DNA of 64,000 nt from an uncultured delta proteobacterium (GCA_963804165.1 CAWDPO010000024.1:160001-224000); one strand, 5' to 3'. Shown: positions 40,731 to 51,956, numbered from the stretch's first letter. Translations and numbers: made by a program. The notes: generated by a model not told the origin, from the letters alone.

Positions 40731-41573
40731 ATGATTATCTCGGAAAACTCGGAACACTATCGGATGATCACACAGAACGATCATGGCGATCTCGCTGGGC
40801 AATTCGCCGCCCATTGGGGCAACGACCGATTCACCAAGCTCAATCCGTATCACTCGATGGTGCTGGCCGCAGAGACTCACGACAACGGCTGGTGGGATTG
40901 GGACATTTATCCTTCCATCGATGACAGCGGAGCGCCCATACCGTTCACCCGCACGCCGCGCGAATTCCGGTCGAATTTCTACGGCAAGGGTATCGACAAT
41001 GTCATCACACGAGATCTCTATGCCGGTCTAATCGTAAGCATGCATGGCGTCGGATTGGGGCAGAAGCGCTACGGCACCATGCCCTCGATGGTCGAACGCG
41101 ACGATCCTTATTCTCAAAAATTCATCGCCGAGCGCGAGCCCACTCACAAAGAGATGATCGACAAGCTAAATAGGACGGAACAATACGCCGGGCTCACGAG
41201 CAAAGAGCAGCTTTGGCATAACTATCTCTTGATGCAGGTATTCGACCGGCTGTCGCTTTTTTTGTGCTCTAATTTTGACATCACGACCGTGCCGGCCGCC
41301 GGCTCGCATACTAAAGAAGGTAAAGCTTATTACGGCTCGACAATTAAACCGGCGCCGATGAAACCCGATCACCAAGATGGCGAGATTCAACTTCGGGTCG
41401 TGGACCGGCAAACGATCAGCGTCGATCCTTACCCGTTCGATCAATCACCATTGCCAGTGAGCGTCCGCGGGAAGCTCATCCCGAAGCGCAAGTACAGTTC
41501 GCAGGAGGAATTTAGAGAAATTTACGGCAAAGCCCAACGGCAAGAGTTCACGTTTACTTTACTTAAGGATTGA
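40731..41573 (+). CDS. DUF3891-family protein
   Basis: ITQNDHGDLAGQFAAHWGN, THDNGW, RDLYAGLIVSMH, FDRLSLFLC, DPYPF. Confidence 0.8.
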   Translation: MIISENSEHYRMITQNDHGDLAGQFAAHWGNDRFTKLNPYHSMVLAAETHDNGWWDWDIYPSIDDSGAPIPFTRTPREFRSNFYGKGIDNVITRDLYAGLIVSMHGVGLGQKRYGTMPSMVERDDPYSQKFIAEREPTHKEMIDKLNRTEQYAGLTSKEQLWHNYLLMQVFDRLSLFLCSNFDITTVPAAGSHTKEGKAYYGSTIKPAPMKPDHQDGEIQLRVVDRQTISVDPYPFDQSPLPVSVRGKLIPKRKYSSQEEFREIYGKAQRQEFTFTLLKD

Positions 41574-41779
41574 ATTTTCAATTCGGCATCCCGGTTAATG
41601 TTGCCATGAAGGCAATCAGGCACACATCCGTACAGATGCATAAGCGCATGTTGATCTTCAGAGAGAGGACGTGGCCGCAGCATTCGGAACCGGGCCGAAG
41701 ATTGAAGTGGTACACAGGCATGGTAGACAGAAGGCTGCAGCGTCCCGCAGTAGACTCGCAAGCGCTTGATTTCACTTTT

Positions 41780-41874
41780 GGAGAAGGAAGGTGCCCGGTG
41801 GTGCCGCTGGTCTTCAAAACCAGTCTGGGGGCCGTAAGGTCCCCGGAGGGTTCGACTCCCTCCCTTCTCCGCCA
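41780..41874 (+). tRNA. selC: tRNA-Sec (UCA)
   Basis: Extended acceptor stem GGAGAAGG/CCTTCTCC, anticodon loop CTTCAAA, long variable arm, GGTTCGACTCC T-loop, GCCA end. Confidence 0.93.
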
Positions 41875-42023
41875 AGAAAGTTTTTTTATATTCAGCAGTT
41901 AACTTTTGCGGATTGCGCTTGTAGCCCATCGGTAGCCCAAAACCACTTAAACGTAGCACCATTATTATTCACGGCAGTATTCGCCGATGTCCCGATTTGT
42001 TCCTCGGTAATGACGGCGTCACG

Positions 42024-42155
42024 TTATTCCATTTTGAACAGATCGTCCGAGTATAGTTCTTCGAGCGCAACGTAGTTCTGGCTCTTGAGTGCGCCATAGA
42101 AGACTTCGTTGCGGATCTTCAGGACCTCATCTGCGGTCAAGTGATTTGGCTCCAT
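42024..42155 (-). pseudogene. Truncated NTF2/DUF4440-like gene
   Basis: MEPNHLTADEVLKIRNEVFYGALKSQNYVALEELYSDD, then ends. Confidence 0.45.
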
Positions 42156-42157
42156 GA

Positions 42158-42490
42158 TCATTCCCCTTTTAAGGTGCGCGCCACCAAGTCTGTAAACAGA
42201 CGAACAAACTCCTGCTGCTCGGTTGCTGTCCGCTGAGGCCAATATCGACCGAGCGCCTCTCGAGCAAACTCTTCCCGATCGAAATTGGCCAAAATCACCT
42301 GCTCAGCTTTAGCGAGTCGTTCCTGGCGGCGAGCAGCGCCCTGGTAGGCGGTGTCCTGGAGGACGGTAAGCGTTTCCCGCACTGCAGCTCGAATCGTGGC
42401 CAGAGGAGAATCCGCACCCAATGCGCTGACAGACAGCAACAAGAGACTCATCGCGGCGGTTCCGCTGATCACTGACCTAAAACGATTCAT
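42158..42490 (-). pseudogene. Truncated MlaC/Ttg2D phospholipid-binding protein
   Basis: Signal peptide; FDREEFAREALGRYW...EQQEFVRLF; about half the usual length. Confidence 0.65.
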
Positions 42491-42507
42491 TGCCTCATCC
42501 TGATTCG

Positions 42508-42842
42508 TTAATACTCGCCTGTCTTGAGTCTATCGATTTCCCTCTGCTGTCGATTGATCTCTTGCTGCTGCTCGTCGATTCTGTGTTGCTGTTGGTTTTC
42601 TTCTGTCTCACGGCCTTGAAGCTGGTCGCAATCAGAGCGCCTGCTCCCAGGCCAAGCAAACCACCAATGGCGGCGCCGGCTCCGGCGTGTCCAACAGTGC
42701 TGCCGATGATCCCGCCCGCCGCCGCACCACCCAGGGTGCCGATCCCAGCTCCCTTTTCACGCGTGGTTAACGGCGTGGAGCATCCTGCCAAAGCCGCTGC
42801 TACAAGTGCTGAAGCGGAATATGCCACTATCTGTTTTTTCAT
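42508..42842 (-). CDS. Glycine-zipper lipoprotein (frameshift near 42630)
   Basis: LAGC lipobox; GAGIGTLGGAAAGGIIG..GAAIGGLLGLGAG; Gln/Glu-rich coiled tail in the other frame. Confidence 0.75.
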
Positions 42843-42861
42843 AACTATTTCTCCTACTGGT

Positions 42862-43065
42862 TTATGCGTCATCCGACCTTTTTCCTGCAGCAAGACCGCG
42901 CGAGTGTACCCCGGTCGCCGGTGCGCCAATGGCTTTGGCCGCGCGATCGTTGAGATCCATACCGGCGTGGGTCTGTGCTAGAGCATTAGCCGTGATGATC
43001 CACATAAATAAAACGATGAGTAAGACGGCTACTAGCGCAACTACGTCACTGCCGATGTTCATCAC
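42862..43065 (-). CDS. Small hypothetical membrane protein
   Basis: RBS gaggaggag; N-terminal hydrophobic helix. Confidence 0.45.
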   Translation of the reverse strand: MMNIGSDVVALVAVLLIVLFMWIITANALAQTHAGMDLNDRAAKAIGAPATGVHSRGLAAGKRSDDA

Positions 43066-43140
43066 TCCTCCTCGACAATCTTGATTGAACCGAAACGGCT
43101 TTTTGTGCGCCGGCCAGGTATGTAGTAAACTTCTCAGCGC

Positions 43141-43635
43141 TTAGAGCTCGCCTCTGATCTCCGCCAAGAACCACGTCCGCTGCTCGCTCTCGTCGATCCA
43201 AACCTCGATCAGATTCGCCGCGGCGACATCGTTGTGCCGGTCGCAAACTTCGTGTGCGGCTCGCAAGCTCCGCGTCAATTGCTGGTTGTCCTCGCACAAC
43301 TCGGCGATCATTTCATGCGGGCTCACGCCTTCTTTGTTGTTGTCTTTGAGCCGCTGATTGCGCGCAATATCGCTGATCGAACGAATCGTTGTGCCGCCGA
43401 TCTTGCGCGCCCGTTCGGCGATCGTATCCGTCATCGCGAAAATCTGCGTCGCCTGCTCGTCGAGCAGCAAGTGATAATCGCGAAAGTGCCGTCCACTGAT
43501 GTGCCAGTGAAAGTTCTTCGTCTTCAAGTAAAGTGCGAATACGTCGGCAAGCATTCTTCGTAAGTTGCTCGAAATTTCCTCGACTGCATCGCCGCCCAAA
43601 TCGGACACCCTTCCCTTGTCATTGTTCTCTGTCAT
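43141..43635 (-). CDS. dps: DNA starvation/stationary-phase protection protein Dps
   Basis: LYLKTKNFHWH, HLLLDEQ, DTIAER, EQRTWFL. Confidence 0.92.
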   Translation of the reverse strand: MTENNDKGRVSDLGGDAVEEISSNLRRMLADVFALYLKTKNFHWHISGRHFRDYHLLLDEQATQIFAMTDTIAERARKIGGTTIRSISDIARNQRLKDNNKEGVSPHEMIAELCEDNQQLTRSLRAAHEVCDRHNDVAAANLIEVWIDESEQRTWFLAEIRGEL

Positions 43636-43763
43636 GGTCCTGTTCTCCTCTCAGTGATTTCGTTCCAACTCTTTGCTTTCCGTGCCATCTCGATTTACTT
43701 GACCGACCAGTCGGCTCAGTACCTCGCTAGAATTTCCGCCAACTTTCGCTCGCTCGCCGGCGA

Positions 43764-43848
43764 GCGTCGATGTTCCGAGAAATGAAAAATCAGAAGAGAC
43801 GTCTTTAAAAACAATCTGACGAACTTTCGGATGAAGATTTTTTTTCAT
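43764..43848 (-). pseudogene. 5' fragment of a second type B L31 gene
   Basis: [28 protein letters not shown] matches 59303..59548, then diverges. Confidence 0.8.
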
Positions 43849-43996
43849 TTCGTTGTATCCTTCGATTGGCACTGTTCCTAGTGCTGAAACCGATGCTGTA
43901 TCGGCGCGAGCGGCTGAGTCGACTCACGCGCGCGCGAACTGCCGCGCGGGGCTATCGTTCCTACCTTGCTGCGGCTTGACTGGCCCAATATCCTCG

Positions 43997-44398
43997 TCAC
44001 GTCGGAAACTTTTCCCCGAACATGGGGAGTCCGCTCTTTGACTGTTGCTGGGTAGCCTCATCTTGTATTACGTCCCAGTGCTCCACCAGAATCCCGCTCT
44101 CGATGCGAAGAATGTCCGCCGCGATCCAGTTCACGGGCTGGCCAAAGCCCGAAAATCGCCCGTGCACGATCACGAAGTCTCCCTCAGCCACGATCGTTCC
44201 GGGTTCGTACTTCAACATTGGTGGGAGGCTCTTGATAAGATTGAAGAGACCCTCGCGGCCAGGCGCGATATGCGCGCTGTGCTGAATGTAGTCAGGAGAC
44301 CAGAAGCGCTCAGCAACTGCATAGTCACGCTTGTTGAACAGCGTGTCGAAGGCGCCGAGTACCAGCGCCTTGTTCCGTTCCTGTACCGTCTCACTCAT
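43997..44398 (-). CDS. SnoaL-like/NTF2-family protein
   Basis: NKALVL, YIQH, AEGDFVIVH, EHWDVIQ. Confidence 0.85.
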   Translation of the reverse strand: MSETVQERNKALVLGAFDTLFNKRDYAVAERFWSPDYIQHSAHIAPGREGLFNLIKSLPPMLKYEPGTIVAEGDFVIVHGRFSGFGQPVNWIAADILRIESGILVEHWDVIQDEATQQQSKSGLPMFGEKFPT

Positions 44399-44473
44399 AA
44401 CAACCCCCTCCTCGTTTCGAGACCGCTGCGTTGGAGTAGTCATCTTAGGAGTACTCGCATTCACTCCGCACTC

Positions 44474-45261
44474 CTAAAGCTTTGATCCCCCGTCCACCGG
44501 AATACTCGCACCAGTGATCCAGCGCGCGCCATCTGACGCCAGGAATACGACTACGTCGGCAACATCTTCCGGTTTGCCGATTCGCTTCAAGGCCTGCATC
44601 CCAAGCGTGACCTCCCGCCCCGCCTCGGTTTTCGTGAAGTTCGACATGCCCGTATCGATCACGCCTGGCGCGACTGCATTCACGCGAATGCCCTGGGGCC
44701 CGAGCATGGCCGCCCAGTTCTTGACAAGAGTCTCGATTGCTCCTTTGGTCGCCGCGTAGGCAAGGATCGAACGGTTGTCCAAACCGGGTTTGCCAACTAC
44801 GGTGCGGGCCGCGGCAGAAGAGATCACAATAATGTTTGAGCCTTCTCCGAGAATAGGCAGGAGTTGTTGCAGCAGAAAGAATGGACTGCGCACATCGCAA
44901 CGAATACCCCGCGGACGTTGATGCCGATCACGCGATCCATCTCATCGAGCGTGGTCTCCTCGAAAGTTTTCGGAATGGCCGTACCGGCATTGTTCACAAG
45001 CACATCAAGTCGGCCGAAGCTCGCAACGGTCTTTTCGACCGCGGCTTCGACGGCGCCGGCATCAGCGGCGTCCGCCTGGATTGCGATCGCTTTCCGACCG
45101 GCGCGTTCAATCTCCTTAACGACCGACGCGGCAGCGTCTACACCTTTCGTGTAGGTGATGGCCACGTTCGCTCCGTCCGCGGCCAGACGCTTAGCGATTG
45201 CGGCACCAATACCGCGCGAGCCGCCAGTAATGAGTGCAATTTTTCCTTCGAGCTTGTTCAT
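44474..45261 (-). pseudogene. Chimeric SDR: N-half of one SDR joined out of frame to the C-half of another
   Basis: TGGSRGIG...NNAG...INVRGVFVA | VRSPFFLLQQLLP...YAATK...NAVAPG; the helix after NVR appears twice at the junction near 44895. Confidence 0.7.
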
Positions 45262-45459
45262 GTATTCCTCTCCTCTCATCAAAGCATGTTAGATTGTGAG
45301 GACGACCCTGGGTAACGCCGAGCATCAGCCGCTTCGGCCAGCGGCAAGGTCTTCAACCCCTTCATAACCACTAAATTGTTCCGCTCTCATCGCACGCATA
45401 TTATTAATAGTTCCCCGGTTTTTGTTCGTTGCAGATTCCTAAACATGCAAAGAAGTCAG

Positions 45460-45476
45460 AGCAACGGATGTGCCAG
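45460..45476 (-). promoter_or_regulatory. Sigma-54 promoter upstream of the SDR/SnoaL unit
   Basis: Minus strand CTGGCAC-ATCCG-TTGCT matches the consensus. Confidence 0.65.
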
Positions 45477-45956
45477 TGTCGATTCGATATCGGGTCTCTG
45501 AAACCTAAGGATTATCCCGAATGTTGCACTCAGCTGCCGGCGGATGTGACGAGATGTCTTGGCGAGTTATCGGCACCCTGACGAAATGCCGGCTCTAAAT
45601 TTCGGTTAAGTCACTTGCCATTATGATAGTTAATAAAGGAGAGTGATGGCCGACGCAGTAATTGCTTCGCGAGACTTCTACTTAGTCTTCCGGTTCATGC
45701 CGTGACCTCGCGCTGAACTGCATTGACCACTGCCGCCGCGTGGGTCAGTGGAATCATGTGCGCCGCGCCGGGAACGGCTATGCTTTCTGCCTGCAATGCG
45801 GCGGGGCAATCAGCGTCTTTTCGCCGATGAGTATCGTCGTTGGTGGCGGCGATTCGGCGAAGAACTCAACTCCGGTGGTATTCGGTTTCAAGCCGTGGCT
45901 GCTCGACACACAGGGCGGCGCATGGCGCTGGCGTCGAAACTGCGGAGGGTAACCGT

Positions 45957-46148
45957 TTATTTCGGTATCTTTTTCTCGAGCGCGAGCGCTTGAGCTTCTT
46001 CTGTTTCCGGCGAGTTCTCAGTGACGCTCCAACGCCGCTTCTCACGCCCTAATGTCCAGGCCGGCGGGTCACTCGCGGGAAAACTGTCCGCCAGTGTCGC
46101 ATCAATTATATCTTCTGAAAGTTTCTCATCAATCGAATCATCCGCCAT
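45957..46148 (-). CDS. Small acidic protein with SFPASDPP motif
   Basis: MADDSIDEKLSEDIIDATLADSFPASDPPAW. Confidence 0.65.
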   Translation of the reverse strand: MADDSIDEKLSEDIIDATLADSFPASDPPAWTLGREKRRWSVTENSPETEEAQALALEKKIPK

Positions 46149-46182
46149 GGGTTTTGCTCCATCTATAGTCATAAAAGCTCGC

Positions 46183-46331
46183 AACTCGAAATCCAAATTC
46201 GAAACGAATTCAAATTATCAAGAAGGGCAATGTTCCAAACATGGTAGTTCGGATTAGCGTTTTGGATTTTGGCGGTTCGTGTTTATTTGACTATTGTTTG
46301 TTTCGGATATTCGAATTTCGGCTTTCGAGTT
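46183..46331. repeat. REP-like long inverted repeat
   Basis: aactcgaaatccaaattcgaa ... ttcgaatttcggctttcgagtt. Confidence 0.6.
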
Positions 46332-46376
46332 TATTTCTATTTTGGTTTGTTTCGGATCTCCAGTTTCGAGTCTATG

Positions 46377-46986
46377 CTACTCTGTGCGAGATAATCCCAC
46401 TTGGTTGCGGCTGAGTCTTCCCGGGCTCCTCGTATCGTTATATGCCATCCACACACTCTTGATGTTCATAAACTCCCGGATGCCGTATTCCGAAAGCTCC
46501 CTTCCATAGCCAGACCGCTTGATACCGCCGAACGGAAGGCGCGGATCGGACATCACGACTTCATTCACAAAAACGGAGCCGGCTTCAATCTGGCGAACGA
46601 TTCGCTCCGCGTGCTCGCAGTCCCGGGTCCAGAGAGATGCACCCAATGCGAACACCGAGTCGTTTGCCAGGCGGATGGCGTCGGCCTCGTCCCGGGCGCG
46701 GATTACCGCCGCCACCGGTCCGAAGGTCTCTTCGTCGAACGCCGGCATCCCTTTGTTGACGGCGGCCACCACCGTGGGCGGATAAAAGGCACCGGGGCTT
46801 TCCGGTATCCGTCCGCCGAGGAGTAGCTTGGCGCCGCGTCTCACTGACTCTTCCACCTGACGGTGCAGCGCCTCCCGCAGGTCGTGGCGCGCTTGTGGAC
46901 CGATCTGCGTATCACGGTCAAGCGGGTCACCCATTTTTGGGGAGCGCATCTCTGAGAGGAAAAGTTCCACGAACGGATCCGCGATC
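46377..46986 (-). pseudogene. gabD: C-terminal part of an NAD(P)-dependent succinate-semialdehyde dehydrogenase (split gene)
   Basis: IADPFVELF..GDPLD..EETFGPV..PFGGIKRSGYGREL; continues the N-part that ends at 56745. Confidence 0.85.
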
Positions 46987-47367
46987 TAGTAAGGACAATA
47001 AGCAGCCTAATTCCATTGATGGGTTTGGTTCTCGTCCCGAGGATTTCCGGCTTTTCAAACAGCGACGAAAGCAAGGATCAGAAAGCTAAACGGCGCCTCT
47101 TGCAACCGCATAATCAGCAGGATTCTTGAGCAAGTTGACGCGCAAGACAAGATTTTCAGACTTGTTGGGCTGCTACTTCAGAGGGCACTCGGCGACAAAG
47201 GATAATCCAATATGAGAATTGTAACGGTCAAATTGACTGAATGTCCGGATGGCTTTACTCATTACGCTTGGTTTTGCCCACGCCGGCGCCCCCTTTTTTG
47301 CAGGAGCGAAACTGTCATCACAGGGTCGTCCACCCGCGAGGTATGCTCCGCGCATTGCCTTGGACTG

Positions 47368-48795
47368 TCACTGCTGCCAGCCGCCGCCGAGCGCTCTGTA
47401 GAGCTGAACCAATGACAGCAACTCACCGAGCCGGATCTGAGCCAGGCTCAATTCGGAATTAAACAAGTCGCGGTCAGCATCCAGGGCATTGAGAAGCGTA
47501 TCGACTCCGCCCCGGTATCTCATGTAGGCCAGCCGTTTTCGGTCTAGCAACGCTGAAACCAGCAACTCCCGCTGTGCGCGAATTTCTCTGACCCGTTGGT
47601 ACTGGACCAGCGCGTTCGAGACATCGCGAAATCCCGCTTGCACCGCCCCTTCGTATTGCGCCAGCGCGCTGCGCTGCTGCGCTTCGGCCAACTGGACGCC
47701 GGAGGTGATCCGTCCGCCGGCGAAGATAGGCTGGGTAATCTGAGGAATGAAACTCCATATTCTTCTTGAACCGGAGAACAAATTCGCCAGCGCCGTGCTT
47801 TGATAACCGAACTCACCGGTGAGAGTAATCTGCGGGAAATAAGCCGCCTTGGCAACGCCGATAATGGCGTTGGCCGTGATTAAGTTTTGCTCCGCCGCCT
47901 GGATATCCGGGCGCCTCTCCAAAAGGTTCGCCGGCAAACCGGCAGGCACTTCGGGCGGCGTCCGCTGATCCGTTAACAGACGAGTGCGCGATATGGAGCC
48001 GGGATGGCGCCCGAGCAGAAAACTGATTTGATTTTCGGTTTGCTCCAATTGGCGTTCCGCATCGGGTATCGCCTGCGACGCGTCATAAACCAATTGCTCT
48101 CCCTGTCGCACGTCCAAAAGCGTGCCCACCCCGCCCTGCAGTTGAAGCCGGATCAAACGGAGCGATTCTGCTCGCGTGGCCAAAGTGTTTTTTGCGATCT
48201 CCAATTCCATATCCAGTTCGAGAAGACTGAAATAGGCAGTGGCCACGTCGCTGATCAGGGTCGTGACAACGGCTTTTCGGTTCCAATCCGCAGCCAGTAA
48301 ATCGGCGCGTGACGCTTCAGTCGCTCGGCGTAACCGACCCCAAATGTCGATCTCAAAGGAAAAAAGATTGAGGAAGACCGAGCCAAAGGTGCGCTGGCGG
48401 CTGGTTCCCCTAGGGATGGTAAATTGTCCCTGCCGCGATTGCTCGGTCGAGGTAACATCGGCCCCGAGACCAATGTTCGGATACTGATCCGCTTGCGTAA
48501 TGCCGAGGTTGGCGCGCGCCGCATCGACGCGCGCGACCGCATCCCGGAGATCGTAATTCTGCAGCATCGCCGTGCGGATCAATTCCTGCAACTGCTCGTC
48601 TTGGAAAACTTCGAACCATTTGAGCTCGGCAATGGATTGCTTGTCGGGAGTTATCGCAGCAGAAGCGCCGCGAAACGAATCCGGCGTTGTCACGGCAGGC
48701 CGCCGATAATCCGGGCCGAGCATGCAGCCGCTCAGAAGCAGGATCAATGCGGCGGCACCGCTCGCGCGCTTTTTCATCTCCGGCTGTCGAATCAT
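47368..48795 (-). CDS. RND efflux outer-membrane factor lipoprotein (NodT/OprM family)
   Basis: LSGC lipobox, FEIDIWG, LLERRPDI, LYRALGGGW. Confidence 0.93.
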   Translation of the reverse strand: MIRQPEMKKRASGAAALILLLSGCMLGPDYRRPAVTTPDSFRGASAAITPDKQSIAELKWFEVFQDEQLQELIRTAMLQNYDLRDAVARVDAARANLGITQADQYPNIGLGADVTSTEQSRQGQFTIPRGTSRQRTFGSVFLNLFSFEIDIWGRLRRATEASRADLLAADWNRKAVVTTLISDVATAYFSLLELDMELEIAKNTLATRAESLRLIRLQLQGGVGTLLDVRQGEQLVYDASQAIPDAERQLEQTENQISFLLGRHPGSISRTRLLTDQRTPPEVPAGLPANLLERRPDIQAAEQNLITANAIIGVAKAAYFPQITLTGEFGYQSTALANLFSGSRRIWSFIPQITQPIFAGGRITSGVQLAEAQQRSALAQYEGAVQAGFRDVSNALVQYQRVREIRAQRELLVSALLDRKRLAYMRYRGGVDTLLNALDADRDLFNSELSLAQIRLGELLSLVQLYRALGGGWQQ

Positions 48796-48806
48796 CGTTG
48801 CCTCCC

Positions 48807-51800
48807 TCAGACCGCTGCCGGTGCGGGCTGCTCTGCGGCCGCCTCATGCTTCTGCCGGCGGCGCGCGAGTCGCTCTATCGCGTAGAACGAAACCGGAATG
48901 AGTAAGCTCGCGAACAGCGTGTCGAAGGCCATTCCCATGATCACGACGGTGCCCAATATTCGCCGCGCCACGCTTCCCGCCCCCGAAGCGATCCACAACG
49001 GCACGCATCCTAGAATGAACGCAAGCGATGTCATGAATAATGCCCGACGGCGTATCCTCATTCCTTCCAGCGCCGCGTCGATCAGACTTCGTCCCTTCTC
49101 GAACTCGATCTTCGCGAATTCGACGATCAGGATCGCGTTCTTCGCCGCCAGCCCGATGAGGACAATCAGACCGACTTGCGAGTAGGCATCGAAAGGAAAA
49201 TGGCGCAGCCATAAGCCACTGAACGCGCCGAGGACTGCGATCGGAACCGTCAACAGAATTGCGAACGGCAGTGACCAACTCTCATAGAGCGCCGCAAGAA
49301 TCAGAAACACAAAAAGCAGCGAAAACCCGAAAATGGCGACTGCGGACACACCCTTGTCTGCGGCCTGCTCCTGGAATGACATGCCCGAGTAGTCGAAGCC
49401 CATTTCCCGCGGCATAGTTTGAGCGAACACTTCTTCCAGCGCCTTCCTGCCCTGGCCGGAACTGTAACCCGGCGCTAGAATGCCGTTGATTTGCGCCGCC
49501 CTGTAACCATTAAAGCGTACCGTAAATTCCGGACCCGACGTCGTTTTCATCGTCACGACCGTCGAGAGGGGTACGGGGTTTCCGTCATTGTTCCGAACCC
49601 GGAAGAGCCCGACGTTGTCAGCTTCCGTGCGAAATTCTCCTTCTGCCTGCACGTACACCTGCCACACCCGCCCGAAACGGTTGAAATAATTGACAAAGAG
49701 TCCTCCCATGAACGTCTGGAGCGTCTGGTAGACCGAATCCAGATCCACACCCTGTTTGAGGACCTTGTCACGATCGACATTTGCGAAAACTTGCGGCGCG
49801 TTTGGGATAAATGTCGTCGTCAGCGACGCAAACTCCGGCCGCTTGCGCGCCGCCTGAAGGAAGCGATCAGTGTTTTGCGCCAGGAACTCAACGCTCTGTC
49901 CCGATCGATCTTCAAGCATGAATGTCGCGCCGCCAGAGGTGCCGATGCCGGGAATCGCCGGAGGTGAAAACGCAAACACTTGCGCGTCAGGAACTGTTGC
50001 GAGCCGCTGATTGAGATTCCGCAAGATGTTATCAGCGGTCAATCCTGAGCCGCGCTCACCCCACGGCTTGAGCGTGACAAAATAAAATGCGTTGTAGGTC
50101 GTGTTGACAAAGCTCAAAAGGCTGAAGCCGACAATGGTATTGTACGACTGAACGCCCGGAGTCTCTTTGAGAATCGCTTCGATTTTTTTGGCGACATCGT
50201 CCGTCCGCTGTAATGATGCCGCTGTCGGCAGTTGCACGTTGATGAAAAAGTATCCCTGGTCTTCTTCCGGCAGCAATCCGGTGGGGAGGCGCGAACCAAA
50301 AAAGCCCGCGGCAAGAGCGATCACAACCAGCAACAAAACCGAAAACACTACCTTGTGGAGCAGCACGTCGCTGCCGACGAGATAGACGTGCATGACTTTG
50401 CCAAATCCCGAGTTAAAACGATCGAAGAACCAGCCGAGGAGCCCGCGCGATTGCTTTCCCGGCTTCAGCAGCAGCGCCGCGAGCGCCGGTGAAAGCGTCA
50501 GGGCGTTGAACGCCGAGATCAGAGTCGAGATCGCAATGGTGACGGCGAACTGATTATTGAGTCGCCCTGTGATGCCCCCTACGAATGCGGCCGGTAAAAA
50601 GACCGCGGCGAGAACCAGCGCAATGGCGACCACGGGTCCGGAAACTTCTTCCATCGCTTTGAGCGTCGCATCGCGCGGCGAAAGCCCGTGCTCGATGTGT
50701 TGCTCGACTGCCTCGACGACGACGATCGCGTCGTCGACGACGAGGCCGATGGCGAGAACGAGGCCGAAGAGCGACAGCGTGTTGATCGAGAAACCGAGCA
50801 AGGGAAAAACAGCGAACGTGCCAACCAGCGAAACCGGAACTGCGAGGAGAGGAATCAGAGTGGCCCGCCAGTTCTGCAGGAAGATAAAGACCACGAGGAC
50901 GACCAGGATCAACGCCTCGACGAGCGTGTGGACGATCTCGTTGATACCTTCCGATACAGCAAGAGTCGTGTCCAGCGAGATGTTGTAATCGAGGTCCTCA
51001 GGAAACCTGGATTTTAATTCTTCCATCAACTGCTTCGCGCTGTTCATCGTGTCGATCGCGTTGGAGCCTGGAAGCTGGTAGACGGCGATGATTGCGGCAG
51101 GCCTGCCGTTCAGCCGTCCAATCTGGTTGTAGCTCTGCGCGCCGAGCTCTACACGAGCCACATCCTTCATCCGCACAATCGAGCCATCGGGATTGGCGCG
51201 CACCACCACGTCGCCAAATTCCTCGGCGGTCAAGAGACGGCCTTGCGCCCGAACCGTATAGGTGAACTGCTGCCCACGCGGCACAGGCTCCGCGCCGATC
51301 TGGCCCGCCGGGTTCACCTTGTTTTGGTTCGTTAGCGCCGCGACGATATCACTGACCGTAATACCGAGGCTCGCGAGGGTGTCCGGCCGTACCCAGAAAC
51401 GCATCGCGTACTGGCCGGCGCCGAAGATGTTTACCTGCGCAATGCCGGGCACGCGGCTCATCGGATCGTTGATGTTGATGTACGCGTAATTGGCGAGAAA
51501 AGTCGCATCATAGGTTCCCTTGGGCGAGTAGAGAGAGAACAGCGCCAGAGGGCTCGTGGGCGACTTGCGGATCGTGACACCCTGGTTCCGGACGTCAAGC
51601 GGGAGCTGCGATTCGGCCTGAAGGTAACGCATCTGTGTGAGGATTTGGTCGGTGTTTGCGTCTGTGCCGACGTCGAAGTTCACCCTGAGCCGCATCAGCC
51701 CGCTCGCTGCGTTGGTCGAGTTCATGTAGATCATGTTGTCGACGCCCTGCATTTGCTGTTCGATCGGCGTTGCCACCGACTGCTCGACGGTTTCGGCATC

Positions 51801-51956
51801 GGCACCGACGTAGGTCGCCTGCAAAAAGATTTCCGGCGGCGCGAGCTCGGGGTACTGAGCGATCGGCAGCCGCACGATGCTGACGATGCCGACGATCACT
51901 ATGAGGATGGAAATGACGATCGCAATGATAGGGTGGTAGACGAAGAATTTGGCCAT
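48807..51956 (-). CDS. RND efflux permease, HAE1 family
   Basis: 1049 aa; [35 protein letters not shown]. Confidence 0.95.
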   Translation of the reverse strand: MAKFFVYHPIIAIVISILIVIVGIVSIVRLPIAQYPELAPPEIFLQATYVGADAETVEQSVATPIEQQMQGVDNMIYMNSTNAASGLMRLRVNFDVGTDANTDQILTQMRYLQAESQLPLDVRNQGVTIRKSPTSPLALFSLYSPKGTYDATFLANYAYININDPMSRVPGIAQVNIFGAGQYAMRFWVRPDTLASLGITVSDIVAALTNQNKVNPAGQIGAEPVPRGQQFTYTVRAQGRLLTAEEFGDVVVRANPDGSIVRMKDVARVELGAQSYNQIGRLNGRPAAIIAVYQLPGSNAIDTMNSAKQLMEELKSRFPEDLDYNISLDTTLAVSEGINEIVHTLVEALILVVLVVFIFLQNWRATLIPLLAVPVSLVGTFAVFPLLGFSINTLSLFGLVLAIGLVVDDAIVVVEAVEQHIEHGLSPRDATLKAMEEVSGPVVAIALVLAAVFLPAAFVGGITGRLNNQFAVTIAISTLISAFNALTLSPALAALLLKPGKQSRGLLGWFFDRFNSGFGKVMHVYLVGSDVLLHKVVFSVLLLVVIALAAGFFGSRLPTGLLPEEDQGYFFINVQLPTAASLQRTDDVAKKIEAILKETPGVQSYNTIVGFSLLSFVNTTYNAFYFVTLKPWGERGSGLTADNILRNLNQRLATVPDAQVFAFSPPAIPGIGTSGGATFMLEDRSGQSVEFLAQNTDRFLQAARKRPEFASLTTTFIPNAPQVFANVDRDKVLKQGVDLDSVYQTLQTFMGGLFVNYFNRFGRVWQVYVQAEGEFRTEADNVGLFRVRNNDGNPVPLSTVVTMKTTSGPEFTVRFNGYRAAQINGILAPGYSSGQGRKALEEVFAQTMPREMGFDYSGMSFQEQAADKGVSAVAIFGFSLLFVFLILAALYESWSLPFAILLTVPIAVLGAFSGLWLRHFPFDAYSQVGLIVLIGLAAKNAILIVEFAKIEFEKGRSLIDAALEGMRIRRRALFMTSLAFILGCVPLWIASGAGSVARRILGTVVIMGMAFDTLFASLLIPVSFYAIERLARRRQKHEAAAEQPAPAAV

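Noticed and set aside
41522-42075. ORFs overlapping the tRNA
   Set aside because: Spurious translations of tRNA-Sec and its flanks
45311-45350. attC-like half site ggtaacgccgagcatcagccgc
   Set aside because: No matching R' box or full palindrome
45646-45960. Possible gene after RBS aaggagag
   Set aside because: Stops after 19 codons, and the other frames show no recognisable protein
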